From the NCBI GenBank assembly GCA_964016885.1, contig OZ024751.1, positions 35,030,001-35,094,000 on the forward strand: DNA of 64,000 nucleotides, read 5' to 3'. The stretch is from Eledone cirrhosa. Its lineage: Eukaryota. This document shows positions 51,386 through 64,000 of the stretch, piece by piece. Position numbers and translations under genes: made by a program. The notes below the pieces were generated by a model. That model was given only the letters and a program-made list of their open reading frames with translations, had not been told where the DNA came from and ran no database searches. Each line of letters begins with the position of its first letter. Position 1 is the first letter of the stretch.

Positions 51386-53156
51386 GAATATTTATTCAAT
51401 TTAAAGCGCCAATTATCTATATATAACAAGATATGAATTTTTCTAGGGATGGGGAAATTTTCAGTTTGTTTTTACATTTTCACTTCATTTTTTACTTTCT
51501 ATTTAATACAGTCTTTGATCCAATATAATCCTGACAGTATTTGAACCAGTTTACCTCATATATATGTATGCACACACAACACTCAAGTTTCGCCATCTAC
51601 TGCTATTTCATTCATATTTATTGTTTAATTAACTCTGGTCTAATTCATCAACTATTGTTAATTATATTATTACGTAGATTTCTTATAAAATCTAGTGCAT
51701 ATATACGTGTATATATACAGGGAGACACTGTGTAATAGATGTAAAGAGAGTGGGAGATAGAGTTATAGAAGTAAAGAGAGGGAGAGAAATAAGCGGTAGA
51801 TAGAGCAATAGATGTAAAGAGAGGGTTAGAACGTTCAACTTGACAGTCAGTACATATGCCAACTACCCAACCGGCCAGCCAGCCGTATTTGCGGTTGACT
51901 GGCCAGTTGGGCGGTTGGTATGTGGAACGTTCAACTATGCAGTCAGTACCAAAGTTCAACATTGTAGCCAGTGCATATGCCGATCGCCGCGACCTCTTTG
52001 CTCTATTTAAATGACCTGGAACTAAGTAAAAAGAGTAGGAGATAACTCGACAAGAGCGGAGAGGGTGAGATTCGAACCATGTAAAGTCGTTGGCTCCTGA
52101 ACTTCGTAAGCGGGGCTGCTACTGACTGAGCAACGCCGGCAGCAAGGCAAATCGCGCATAAAATAACGCTTATATCGAGAAAATAAAACAAAAATTTCAA
52201 TGTTGCACTCTTGTTTGTTGTTCTTTTATTTTACGTAAACATTTCGCTGCTCTAGCCTCTTATTTCCTATTAGATTACACTTAATTCCATTAAACATTCA
52301 TTCTTAGTCTCGTGGTAAACTATTTCATCTATATTTATATCGCTGTTACAGCCTTTTATTTCTACATCTATCACCTATAGCCACTGTTACGCCGGTAGTA
52401 TAAGTAGCTTTATAACAAGAAACGATGATATAACTCCACAAAATGGCTTCTTGAGCAAGACACTTCACCTCATATTGCTCCAGTACACCGAGTTACACAT
52501 AGACAGATACATACATACACATATATATGTACACAGATAGAAATAAGAGGGAGATAGAGTAAAAGATGTAAAGATAGTGTAAAAGATTTAAAGAGAGGGT
52601 GAGAGTGTGACACACATTTATCTGTCTATCTCTCTCTATTTTAACACCGGTCGTTATAATTAGTTTTATAACACCGCTATATTACCGACATGAAAGAGGT
52701 AAATAATTATTTCTTAAATGTTTAGAACATGTTTCTCTTGTCTTCTTAAATGTATAGAACATGTTTCTTATTTATATTCTTAACATAGCTAGGACCTTAT
52801 CTCATTTACTGGTCTCTACTTTTAGGGCTTTGCTGGTCCCATGTGCCCTCCATGAAGACACACTCGCCCCTTCTCTCTCAGTCTCCGTACTAATTACTAC
52901 ACATACGTATATATATTTATTTTAAGAAACCTTAATGACAAATAATATAAAGTGTTTGTAAAGTGGGGAAGAGTAGTTTTACGGTGGGGTTGTTATATAG
53001 ATATCGTTTTTGCAGTGGGGTCGTGACTGGCGTATAATAATGAGTCACTGTTGATGTATATACAAATCATATTTTGGATATAAGTGAAGTTATTTAAGAG
53101 ATTTAGTTGTTTTGTATACATTCCAGTTGTTGTCTCCCTGTTTCTTCTTCAACAAC

Positions 53157-55150
53157 CTATAACGGTACGCGATGGGGCCCACCCACAGCCCCGGCGGACA
53201 GAATGGAGAAGGCGTTTCCCCGGAGCACGGCAAGGGAGACGCGCTGGAAAAGCCACTCCAACTCGCGGGGCTCACACCTGCGACTGGCCAGCTCAGCGCC
53301 TATGGTGGTGAGTAAGGAGGTAGCCCTGGGGTCGAGGACACCAGAAGTCTCCACTTCCAGGGGTACGACCGCAAACCTGTCGGAGAGTGAACGATATGTG
53401 AGGAGTTTGGCCCTCTCAGCCTGACGTGCAGCAGAACCTGGGCCAGTCGCAGACTGCACCAGGTTGCGGCTGCAGAAAGTGTCGGTGCAAGTGGCATCCC
53501 AGACGAGGGGTTTGCCACCGCGGAACGGGAAGATGGTCATGCCATCTGGCCTTTTGCCGTCCCCTGGAGCTGGGAAGGGAAGCCTGCAGCGTCCAAGCCA
53601 TGCTTAATGATTTCGTTGAGGGCAGCATGGCGTGGATTGCGGCTGGCACTGTGGCGACAGGAAAGCGGGTGGAGGCCGAAAGAGTCCATGGTGGAACGGC
53701 AGCGACATTGGTGTGAGGCCGAGCCTCAGGGAAACGCCGATGCGCAAGCTATGGTTGTCTAGCTGCGTGCGAGTGGAGAAGGAGGGCAGGGCATGGAGCC
53801 AGGCCCCACTGTGGGGTTTGGAGGCCGCACGAAAACAAACAAGGCGGTGCTGGTCGAGCTGGCACGTGAGCCTGTCTGAGGCCAGGCTGCACTGGATGGC
53901 ATCCCAAGTGTGTTGGGGGGACTTGACGTCAACAGGGGGAGAAGGAGGAGGAACGTCTACTGGGCTAAGTCCCAGCCGGTGCCACGTCTCACAGGCGGCC
54001 ACGCGTTCTCTGAACACAGAGGGTTCTGTTGTGTTTTGAAGAACCCTGCTGAGATGGACGTGGTACGAGGTTACCGACGAAAGATACGCCGGCAAAGCTA
54101 GTGAGATCGGGGACTGGAGGCGAAGGTCGCCATACCTGATAGGTAAAGTTGCATATCTCATCGGCTGCTGCTCGGATACAAGTCTGGGTGTAGCACAGAG
54201 TGTATAGAGGAGCTTCGGCATGGCGTAGCAGTTCCTCAGCAGAAAGAGAACTGGGTGGCCATCAATCAAGCCCAGTCGGCTCGTGAGAGTCTGAACTTGA
54301 TGGTGGAGCGGATGGCCGGCGGGTGGATCGGTGAGGGCATCCTCTTTGGGGGTCACCTGAACCTGGCGGAGAATGGACCGCACGTCCAAGACGGAGACTG
54401 CAAAGCTTGCAGCATCGAGGCTGACATTCACCACCTCCGACTTGGCTGAGTTGACCTGGAGGTCGATTCCCGCCAGGGCAGGAACCACCGATTGAAGGTC
54501 ATGGCAGACCGCCTGTACGGGCCCACCCAAAGTAGCATCATCCAGATACCAAACGTTGAGAGGGGCCGTTATACTCCGGGCGATGTGGTCAATACCAAGG
54601 GTGAACAGGAGGGGTCCCAAAGGGTTGCCCTGTTGGATCCCAGTAGCCAAGGGTATGACCGTATCAGCAGCATGTCGCATGCTCGGGGCTCCATATGACA
54701 GCTAGGCAGAGGGGGCTCGGCTGAGGCAGGCCTCGAGCAGATGATCCCAGCGTAAAGAGTTGAAGGCATTCCTCATGTCAAACTTGACAATGAGGTGGCT
54801 GGAGTCCCTGGATGACGGTTCCGAGTGTTACGGACTTGCAGGTTACCTTGGCAGCCAGCCTCCGGAAGACATTGCCCACAGCAATGGGGCGTATGCCACC
54901 CTCTTTCTTCCTGAGAGCGGTGAAGCTGGCTGAAAAAAAGAGGCCTCGAGCATAAGAGTCCAGGGCGCCATGGATGAGCCTATTGGTGAGCGCCACAATT
55001 GCACTCAGAAGGCGGCGCCCGGCCTCAGCGGAGAGGGGAGATGTCAACTCCTTGAGGAGGCCTGGTCAGAGACCATCAACATCACCGCAGCTGCTAGCTG
55101 GGAAGGACCTGATGGCGGACATGATGTCTGCATCAGAAGCCACAACGAGC
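53157..55150 (-). mobile_element. Decayed CRE-clade element, A-type
   Basis: 358-aa ORF 53604..54680. Confidence 0.88.
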
Positions 55151-55803
55151 AAGTGTGGATTACAATACAAAACCTCTGAGAATGATTTCTAAGATATTTC
55201 ACCATAATTAATTTTCATCAATATATATTAATATTATTATTGTTTATTAGGTCAGGTGGATTGGCCAGAACAATTCTACTCTTCTTTTTTAGATGTCACG
55301 ATTTTTCATGGCATTCCTGAGATCATTAATCTCCAGCTGGAGATCCAGAGACATCTGATGTATGTAGGTGAACCTCAGTCATCCCACTAGGGTCTTACTA
55401 TGTTTAGGTATCCACCACAGGAGCCAGCTCATCAGGTCATCCTACCCTCAGCAGCAATGTCCAGCATCTATTGATTTCCGCTCCCTAGTTATTGTGGTAA
55501 TCTTCGATATCTGGGAATATATTTCTTCTGCTTAAGGGAGTAATAAATATATAGTTTTTAAAAAAACATATATATACACACACATATATATATGTTGTCA
55601 TTTATAAGAGTTCTCTATCAAAAGCCTTCTCTATGTCCAAAGCTAAGTATAGTGGCTTATTTTTCTCTAAGAACCTCTTTTGTAGTTGTCTCACTAAGAA
55701 GAGGGCATCTGTTGCACTTTTCAGCGGCACAAAACCAAACTGCATCTCATACACATACATACATATACATACATACATACATACATATACACATACATAC
55801 ATA

Positions 55804-56159
55804 CATCATCATCATCATCATCATCATCATTTCGTTTTAAGTCCGCTTTTTCCCTGCTTGTAAGGGTGGGACAGGAACTGATTCTGGCTTGATTTCTACA
55901 GCTGGATGCCCTTCCTAACACCAACCTCATTTACAGTGAGTGCTGAGTGCTTTTTTGCCGTGGCACCTCCACGACCACTTTGCAGTGGAATGATATGGAC
56001 CCCAGTCCCTATCATCTCATTTCTACAGCTGAGTAAACTGGAGCAATGTGAAATAAAGTGTCTTGCTCAAGGAAACAACACATCACCCGGTCTGAGAATT
56101 GAACTCACAACCTTTCGATTGCCAGGCCAATGCTCGAACCACTAAGCCATGTGCCTCCA
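55804..56159 (-). mobile_element. tRNA-CORE SINE copy
   Basis: Copy of 6504-6859. Confidence 0.85.
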
Positions 56160-56663
56160 TATACATATACATATACATACACATACATATACATATACAT
56201 ACATATATATATACATACATACATATATACACATACATACATACATACACATACATACACATATACATACATATATATACATACATACACATACATAGAT
56301 ATATATATATACATAATATAAATATACATACATACACATACATAAGCATATACACATAAGTATATATACATATACACACGTATATATACATATACATACA
56401 TACATATATACACATACATACATATATACATACATACACACATATACATACATATATACATATACACATACATACATATACATACATATACACATACATA
56501 CATATATATACATACACACACATATATAGATACACACACATATATACAAACACATACATATACACATATATACACATACATATACATACATATACACATA
56601 TACACTCATATATACATATACATACATACACACACATACATACATATATACATATACATACAT

Positions 56664-57219
56664 AAAGACAAATCCACCTCATGGACGAGAATGCAAGGGC
56701 TCCTCCTCTTTGTTTCGGCCGCGGATGGCTAACCCTAACCCCATCCCCGCTCCCCACCGCTCCCAACCTCCAAACGCAATCCAAAACTTCAGAGTTGGTA
56801 CCATTAATGTAGGCACCTTATAGGGTGGCTCTAACGAGGTTGTAGAAATGCTTGAACGTAAGGAGGTCGATGTTTGTTGTATTCAAGAGACCAGGTGGAG
56901 GGGTGGGTCTGCTAGATTCATCGTGGGTAAAGAACGATGCTATAAGCTTTTCTGTGTGGCAAATAACAATGGGCTGGGTATACACATACCACCCCACCGC
57001 CTCACCGCCCCACCGCAAAGTGGTCGTGGAGGCGCCGCGGCAAAAAAGCACCCAGCCCACACTGTAAAGCTGACGTGGAGGTGCCACGGAAAAAAAAAAG
57101 CACCCAGCACTCACTGCAAACGAGGTTGGCGTCAGGAAGGGCACCCAGCTGTAGAAACCAATCCAGAATCAGCTCCCACCCCACCCTTGCAAGCATGGAA
57201 AAGCGGACGTATGATGAAG
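56664..57219 (+). mobile_element. Bipartite RTE derivative copy
   Basis: Copy of 7364-7919. Confidence 0.82.
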
Positions 57220-57226
57220 TTGATAT

Positions 57227-57269
<43 letters not shown>

Positions 57270-59117
57270 TATATATATACACATATATATATACACACAT
57301 ATATATCAGTGTACATATATATATACATATATATATATATATAAATGAATATTTATTCAATTTAAAGCGCCAATTATCTATATATAACAAGATATGAATT
57401 TTTCTAGGGATGGGGAAATTTTCAGTTTGTTTTTATATTTTCACTTCATTTTTTACTTTCTATTTAATACAGTCTTTGATCCAATATAATCCTGACAGTA
57501 TTTGAACCAGTTTACCTCATATATATGTATGCACACACAACACTCAAGTTTCGCCATCTACTGCTATTTCATTCATATTTATTGTTTAATTAACTCTGGT
57601 CTAATTCATCAACTATTGTTAATTATATTATTACGTAGATTTCTTATAAAATCTAGTGCATATATACGTGTATATATACAGGGAGACACTGTAATAGATG
57701 TAAAGAGAGTGGGAGATAGAGTTATAGAAGTAAAGAGAGGGGGAGAAATAAGCGGTAGATAGAGTAATAGATGTAAAGAGAGGGTTAGAACGTTCAACTT
57801 GACAGTCAGTACAATGTTCAGCATGGTAGCCAGTACATATGCCAACTACCCAACCGGCCAGCCAGCCGCATATGCGGTTGACTGGCCAGTTGGGCGGTTG
57901 GTATGTGGAACGTTCAACTACGCAGTCAGTACCAAAGTTCAACATTGTAGCCAGTGCATATGCCGATCGCCGCGCCCTCTTTGCTCTATTTTAATGACCT
58001 GGAACTAAGTAAAAAGAGTAGGAGATAACTCGACAAGAGCGGAGAGGGTGAGATTCGAACCATGTAAAGTCGTTGGCTCCCGAAGTTCGTAAGCGGGGCT
58101 GCTACTGACTGAGCAGCGCCGGCAGCAAGGCAAATCGCGCATAAAATAACGCTTATATCGACAAAAAAATAAAAAAATTTCAATGTTGCACTCTTGTTTG
58201 TTGTTCTTTTATTTTACGTAAACATTTCGCTGCTCTAGCCTCTTATTTCCTATTAGATTACACTTAATTCCATTAAACATTCATTCTTAGTCTCGTGGTA
58301 AACTATTTCATCTATATTTATATCGCTGTTACAGCCTTTTATTTCTACATCTATCACCTATAGCCACTGTTACGCCGGTAGTATAAGTAGCTTTATAACA
58401 AGAAACGATGATATAACTCCACAAAATGTCTTCTTGAGCAAGACACTTCACTTCATATTGCTCCAGTACACCGAGTTACACATAGACAGATACATACATA
58501 CATACACAGATAGAAATGAGAGGTAGATAGAGTAAAAGATTTAAAGAGAGTGTGAGAAGTACGAGTTAGATAGTGTAAAAGATTTAAAGAGAGGGTGAGA
58601 GTGTGACACACATTTATCTGTCTATCTCTCTCTATTTTAACACCGGTCGTTATAATTAGTTTTATAACACCGCTATATTACCGACATGAAAGAGGTAAAT
58701 AATTATTTCTTAAATGTTTAGAACATGTTTCTCTTGTCTTCTTAAATGTATAGAACATGTTTCTTATTTATATTCTTAACATAGCTAGGACCTTATCTCA
58801 TTTACTGGTCTCTACTTTTAGGGCTTTGCTGGTCCCATGTGCCCTCCATGAAGACACACTCGCCCCTTCTCTCTCAGTCTCCGTACTAATTACTACACAT
58901 ACGTATATATATTTATTTTAAGAAACCTTAATGACAAATAATATAAAGTGTTTGTAAAGTGGGGAAGAGTAGTTTTACGGTGGGGTTGTTATATAGATAT
59001 CGTTTTTGCAGTGGGGTCGTGACTGGCGTATAATAATGAGTCACTGTTGATGTATATACAAATCATGTTTTGGATATAAGTGAAGTTATTTAAGAGATTT
59101 AGTTGTTTTGTATACAT

Positions 59118-61073
59118 TCATAACGGTACGCGATGGGACCCACCCACAGCCCCGGCGGACAGAATGGAGAAGGCGTTTCCCCGGAGCACGGCAAGGGAGA
59201 CGCGCTGGAAAAGCCACTCCAACTCGCGGGGCTCACACCTGCGGCTGGCCAGCTCAGCGCCTATGGTGGTGAGTAAGGAGGTAGCCCTGGGGCCGAGGAC
59301 ACCAGAAGTCTCCACTTCCAGGGGTACGACCGCAAACCTGTCGGAGAGTGAACGATATGTGAGGAGTTTGGCCCCCTCAGCCTGACGTGCAGCAGAACCT
59401 GGGCCAGTCGCAGACTGCACCAGGTTGCGGCTGCAGAAAGTGTCGGTGCAAGTGGCATCCCAGACGAGGGGTTTGCCACCGCGGAACGGGAAGATGGTCA
59501 TGCCATCTAGCCTTTTGCCGTCCCCTCGAGCTGGGAAGGGAAGCCTGCAGCGTCCAAGCCATGCTTAATGACTTCGTTGAGGGCAGCATGGCGTGGATTG
59601 CGGGTGGAGACCGAAAGAGTCCATGGTGGAACGGCAGCGACATTGGTGTGAGGCCGAGCCTCAGGGAAACGCCGATGCGCAAGCTATTGTTGTCTAGCTG
59701 CGTGCGAGTGGAGAAGGAGGGCAGGGCATGGAGCCAGGCCCCACTGTGGGGTTTGGAGGCTGCACGAAAACAAACAAGGCGGTGCTGGTCGAGCTGGCAC
59801 GTGAGCCTGTCTGAGGCCAGGCTGCACTGGATGGCATCCCAAGTGTGTTGGGGGGGACTTGACGTCAACAGGGGGAGAAGGAGGAGGAACGTCTACTGGG
59901 CTAAGTCCCAGCCGGTGCCACGTCTCACAGGCGGCCACGCGTTCTCTGAACACAGAGGGTTCTGTTGTGTTTTGAAGAACCCTGCTGAAGAGGACGTGGT
60001 ACGAGGTTACCGACGAAAGATATGCCGGCAAAGCTAGTGAGATCGGGGACTGGAGGCGAAGGCCGCCATACCTGACAGGTAAAGTTGCATATCTCATCGG
60101 CTGCTGCTCGGATACAAGTTTAGGTGTAGCACAGAGTGTATAGAGGAGCTTCGGCATGGCGTAGCAGTTCCTCAGCAGAAAGAGAACTGGGTGGCCATCA
60201 ATCAAGCCCAGTCGGCTCGTGAGAGTCTGGACTTGATGGAGGAGCGGATGGCCGGCGGGTGGATCGGTGAGGGGGTCACCTGAACCTGGCGGAGAATGGA
60301 CCGCACGTCCAAGACGGAGACTGCAAAGCTTGCAGTATCGAGGCTGACATTCACCACCTCCGACTTGGCTGAATTGACCTGGAGGTCGATTCCCGCCAGG
60401 GCAGGAACCACCGATTGAAGGTCATGGCAGATCGCCTGTACGGGCCCACCCAAAGTAGCATCATCCAGATACCAAACGTTGAGAGGGGCCGTTATACTCC
60501 AGGCGATGTGGTCAATACCAAGGGTGAACAGGAGGGGTCCCAAAGGGTTGCCCTGTTGGATCCCAGTAGCCAAGGGTATGACCGTATCAGCAGCATGGCG
60601 CATGCTTGGGGCTCCATATGACAGGTAGGCAGAGGGGGCTCGGCTGAGGCAGGCCTCGAGCAGATGATCCCAGCGTAAAGAGTTGAAGGCATTCCTCATG
60701 TCAAACTTGACAATGAGGTGGCTGGAGTCCCTGGATGCCGGTTCCGAGTGTTACGGACTTGCAGATTACCTTGGCAGCCAGCCTCCGGAAGACATTGCCC
60801 ACAGCAATGGGGCGTATGCCATCCTCTTTCTTCCTGAGAGCGGTGAGGCTGGCCGAAAAAAAGAGGCCTCGAGCATAAGAGTCCAGGGCGCCATGGATGA
60901 GCCTATTGGTGAGCGCCACAATTGCACTCAGAAGGCGGCGCCCGGCCTCAGCGGAGAGGGGAGATATCAACTCCTTGAGGAGGCCTGGTCAGAGACCATC
61001 AACATCTCCGCAGCTGCTAGCTGGGAAGGACCTGATGGCGGACATGATGTCTGCATCAGAAGCCACAAGGAGC
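59118..61073 (-). mobile_element. Decayed CRE-clade element, B-type
   Basis: ORF 60202..60699 equals 10904..11401. Confidence 0.88.
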
Positions 61074-61718
61074 AAGTGTGGATTACAATACAAAACCTCT
61101 GAGAATGATTTCTAAGATATTTCACCATAATTAATTTTCATCAATATATATTAATATTATTATTGTTTATTAGGTCAGGTGGATTGGCCAGAACAATTTT
61201 ACTCTTCTTTTTTAGATGTCACGATTTTTCATGGCATTCCTGAGATCATTAATCTCCAGCTGGAGATCCAGAGACATCTGATGTATGTAGGTGAACCTCA
61301 GTCATCCCACTTGGCTCTTACTATGTTTAGGTATCAACCACAGGAGCCAGCTCATCAGGTCATCCTACCCTCAGCAGCAATGTCCAGCATCTATTGATTT
61401 CCGCTCCCTAGTTATTGTGGTAATCTTCGATATCTGGGAATATATTTCTTCTGCTTAAGGGAGTAATAAATATATAGTTTTAAAAAAAACATATATATAC
61501 ACACACATATATATATGTTGTCATTTATAAGAGCTCTCTATCAAAAGCCTTCTCTATGTCCAAAGCTAAGTATAGTGGCTTATTTTTCTCTAAGAACCTC
61601 TTTTGTAGTTGTCTCACTAAGAAGAGGGCATCTGTTGCACTTTTCAGCGGCACAAAACCAAACTGCATCTCATACACATACATACATATACATACATACA
61701 TATACACATACATACATA

Positions 61719-62074
61719 CATCATCATCATCATCATCATCATCATTTCGTTTTAAGTCCGCTTTTTCCCTGCTTGCAAATGTGGGACGGGAACTGATTCT
61801 AGCTTGATTTCTACAGCTGGATGCCCTTCCTAACACCAACCTCATTTACAGTGAGTGCTGGGTGCTTTTTTGCCGTGGCACCTCCACGACCACTTTGCAG
61901 TGGAATGATATGGACCCCAGTCCCTATCATCTCATTTCTACAGCTGAGTAAACTGGAGCAATGTGAAATAAAGTGTCTTGCTCAAGGAAACAACACATCA
62001 CCCGGTCTGAGAATTGAACTCACAACCTTTCGATTGCCAGGCCAATGCTCGAACCACTAAGCCATGTGCCTCCA
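61719..62074 (-). mobile_element. tRNA-CORE SINE copy
   Basis: Copy of 12425-12780. Confidence 0.85.
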
Positions 62075-62571
62075 TATACATATACATATACATACACATA
62101 CATATACATATACATACATATATATATACATACATAGATATATACACATACATACATACATACACATACATACACATATACATACATATATATACATACA
62201 TACACATACATAGATATATATATATAAATATACATACATACACATACATAAGCATATACACATAAGTATATATACATATACACACGTATATATACATATA
62301 CATACATACATATATACACATACATACATATATACATAAATACACACATATACATACACATACATACATATACATACATATACACATACATACATATATA
62401 TATATATACGTACACACACATATATACATACACACACATATATACAAACACATACATATACACATATATACACATACATACACATACATATACATACATA
62501 TACACATATACACTCATATATACATATACATACATACACACACATACATACATATATACATATACATACAT

Positions 62572-63119
62572 AAAGACAAATCCACCTCATGGACGAGAAT
62601 GCAAGGGCTCCTCCTCTTTGTTTCGGCCGCGGATGGCTAACCCTAACCCCATCCCCCCTCCCCACCGCTCCCAACCTCCAAACGCAATCCAAAACTTCAG
62701 AGTTGGTACCATTAATGTAGGCACCTTATAGGGTGGCTCTAACGAGGTTGTAGAAATGCTTGAACGTAAGGAGGTCGATGTTTGTTGTATTCAAGAGACC
62801 AGGTGGAGGGGTGGGTCTGCTAGATTCATCGTGGGTAAAGAACGATGCTATAAGCTTTTCTGTGTGGCAAATGACAATGGGCTGGGTATACACATACCAC
62901 CCCACCGCCCCACCGCAAAGTGGTCGTGGAGGGGCCGCGGCCAAAAAGCACCCAGCCCACACTGTAAAGCTGACGTGGAGGTGCCACGGAAAAAAAAAAG
63001 CACCCAGCACTCACTGCAAACGGGGTTGGCGTCAGGAAGGGCACCCAGCTGTAGAAACCAATCCAGAATCAGCTCCCACCCCACCCTTGCAAGCATGGAA
63101 AAGCGGACGTATGATGAAG
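62572..63119 (+). mobile_element. Bipartite RTE derivative copy
   Basis: Copy of 13276-13823. Confidence 0.82.
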
Positions 63120-63120
63120 T

Positions 63121-63179
<59 letters not shown>

Positions 63180-64000
63180 TATATATATACACATATATAT
63201 ATACACACATATATATCAGTGTACATATATATATACATATATATATATATATAAATGAATATTTATTCAATTTAAAGCGCCAATTATCTATATATAACAA
63301 GATATGAATTTTTCTAGGGATGGGGAAATTTTCAGTTTGTTTTTATATTTTCACTTCATTTTTTACTTTCTATTTAATACAGTCTTTGATCCAATATAAT
63401 CCTGACAGTATTTGAACCAGTTTACCTCATATATATGTATGCACACACAACACTCAAGTTTCGCCATCTACTGCTATTTCATTCATATTTATTGTTTAAT
63501 TAACTCTGGTCTAATTCATCAACTATTGTTAATTATATTATTACGTAGATTTCTTATAAAATCTAGTGCATATATACGTGTATATATACAGGGAGACACT
63601 GTAATAGATGTAAAGAGAGTGGGAGATAGAGTTATAGAAGTAAAGAGAGGGGGAGAAATAAGCGGTAGATAGAGTAATAGATGTAAAGAGAGGGTTAGAA
63701 CGTTCAACTTGACAGTCAGTACAATGTTCAGCATGGTAGCCAGTACATATGCCAACTACCCAACCGGCCAGCCAGCCGCATATGCGGTTGACTGGCCAGT
63801 TGGGCGGTTGGTATGTGGAACGTTCAACTACGCAGTCAGTACCAAAGTTCAACATTGTAGCCAGTGCATATGCCGATCGCCGCGCCCTCTTTGCTCTATT
63901 TTAATGACCTGGAACTAAGTAAAAAGAGTAGGAGATAACTCGACAAGAGCGGAGAGGGTGAGATTCGAACCATGTAAAGTCGTTGGCTCCTGAAGTTCGT

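Larger units (their letters stand above)
49295..64000. repeat. Higher-order repeat unit 3 (partial)
   Basis: Near-identical to 1..14700; CRE copies at 53157 and 59118. Confidence 0.93.
50899..64000. repeat. Tandem array of ~5.9 kb composite monomers (unit 3, partial)
   Basis: Period 5961 bp (53157 to 59118). Confidence 0.93.

Noticed and set aside
1-64000. Whole structure as a pure assembly duplication
   Set aside because: Units carry private SNPs (e.g. ~693 vs 28318, ~275 vs 49568) and differ in monomer number, which favours real copies; reads are needed to exclude it fully.

Overview
This is eukaryotic, AT-rich, microsatellite-dense DNA; the SINE, LINE and microsatellite make-up suggests an octopus-like cephalopod (inference). 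I find no intact host gene. The whole window is a two-level tandem array built from retrotransposon relics. The ~5.9-6.0 kb monomer contains an internally deleted RTE element, a tRNA-like/hairpin cassette, a decayed CRE-clade non-LTR element (RT, CCHC knuckle, restriction-like endonuclease), an RTE/RTEX-type 3' fragment, an RTE RT fragment, a tRNA-CORE SINE with an RTE-type tail and a (TA/CA)n tract. Monomers are grouped into higher-order units of 27,625 bp (4 monomers) and 21,669 bp (3 monomers), with a third unit starting at 49,295. Groups are separated by a ~5.0 kb spacer holding a minisatellite, a 5'-truncated RTE LINE whose RT carries an inserted PHD finger, and a ~640 bp palindrome with tRNA-like heads. 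Diagnostic SNPs and indels point to unequal exchange and gene conversion among monomers. Coordinates of relic boundaries are approximate.
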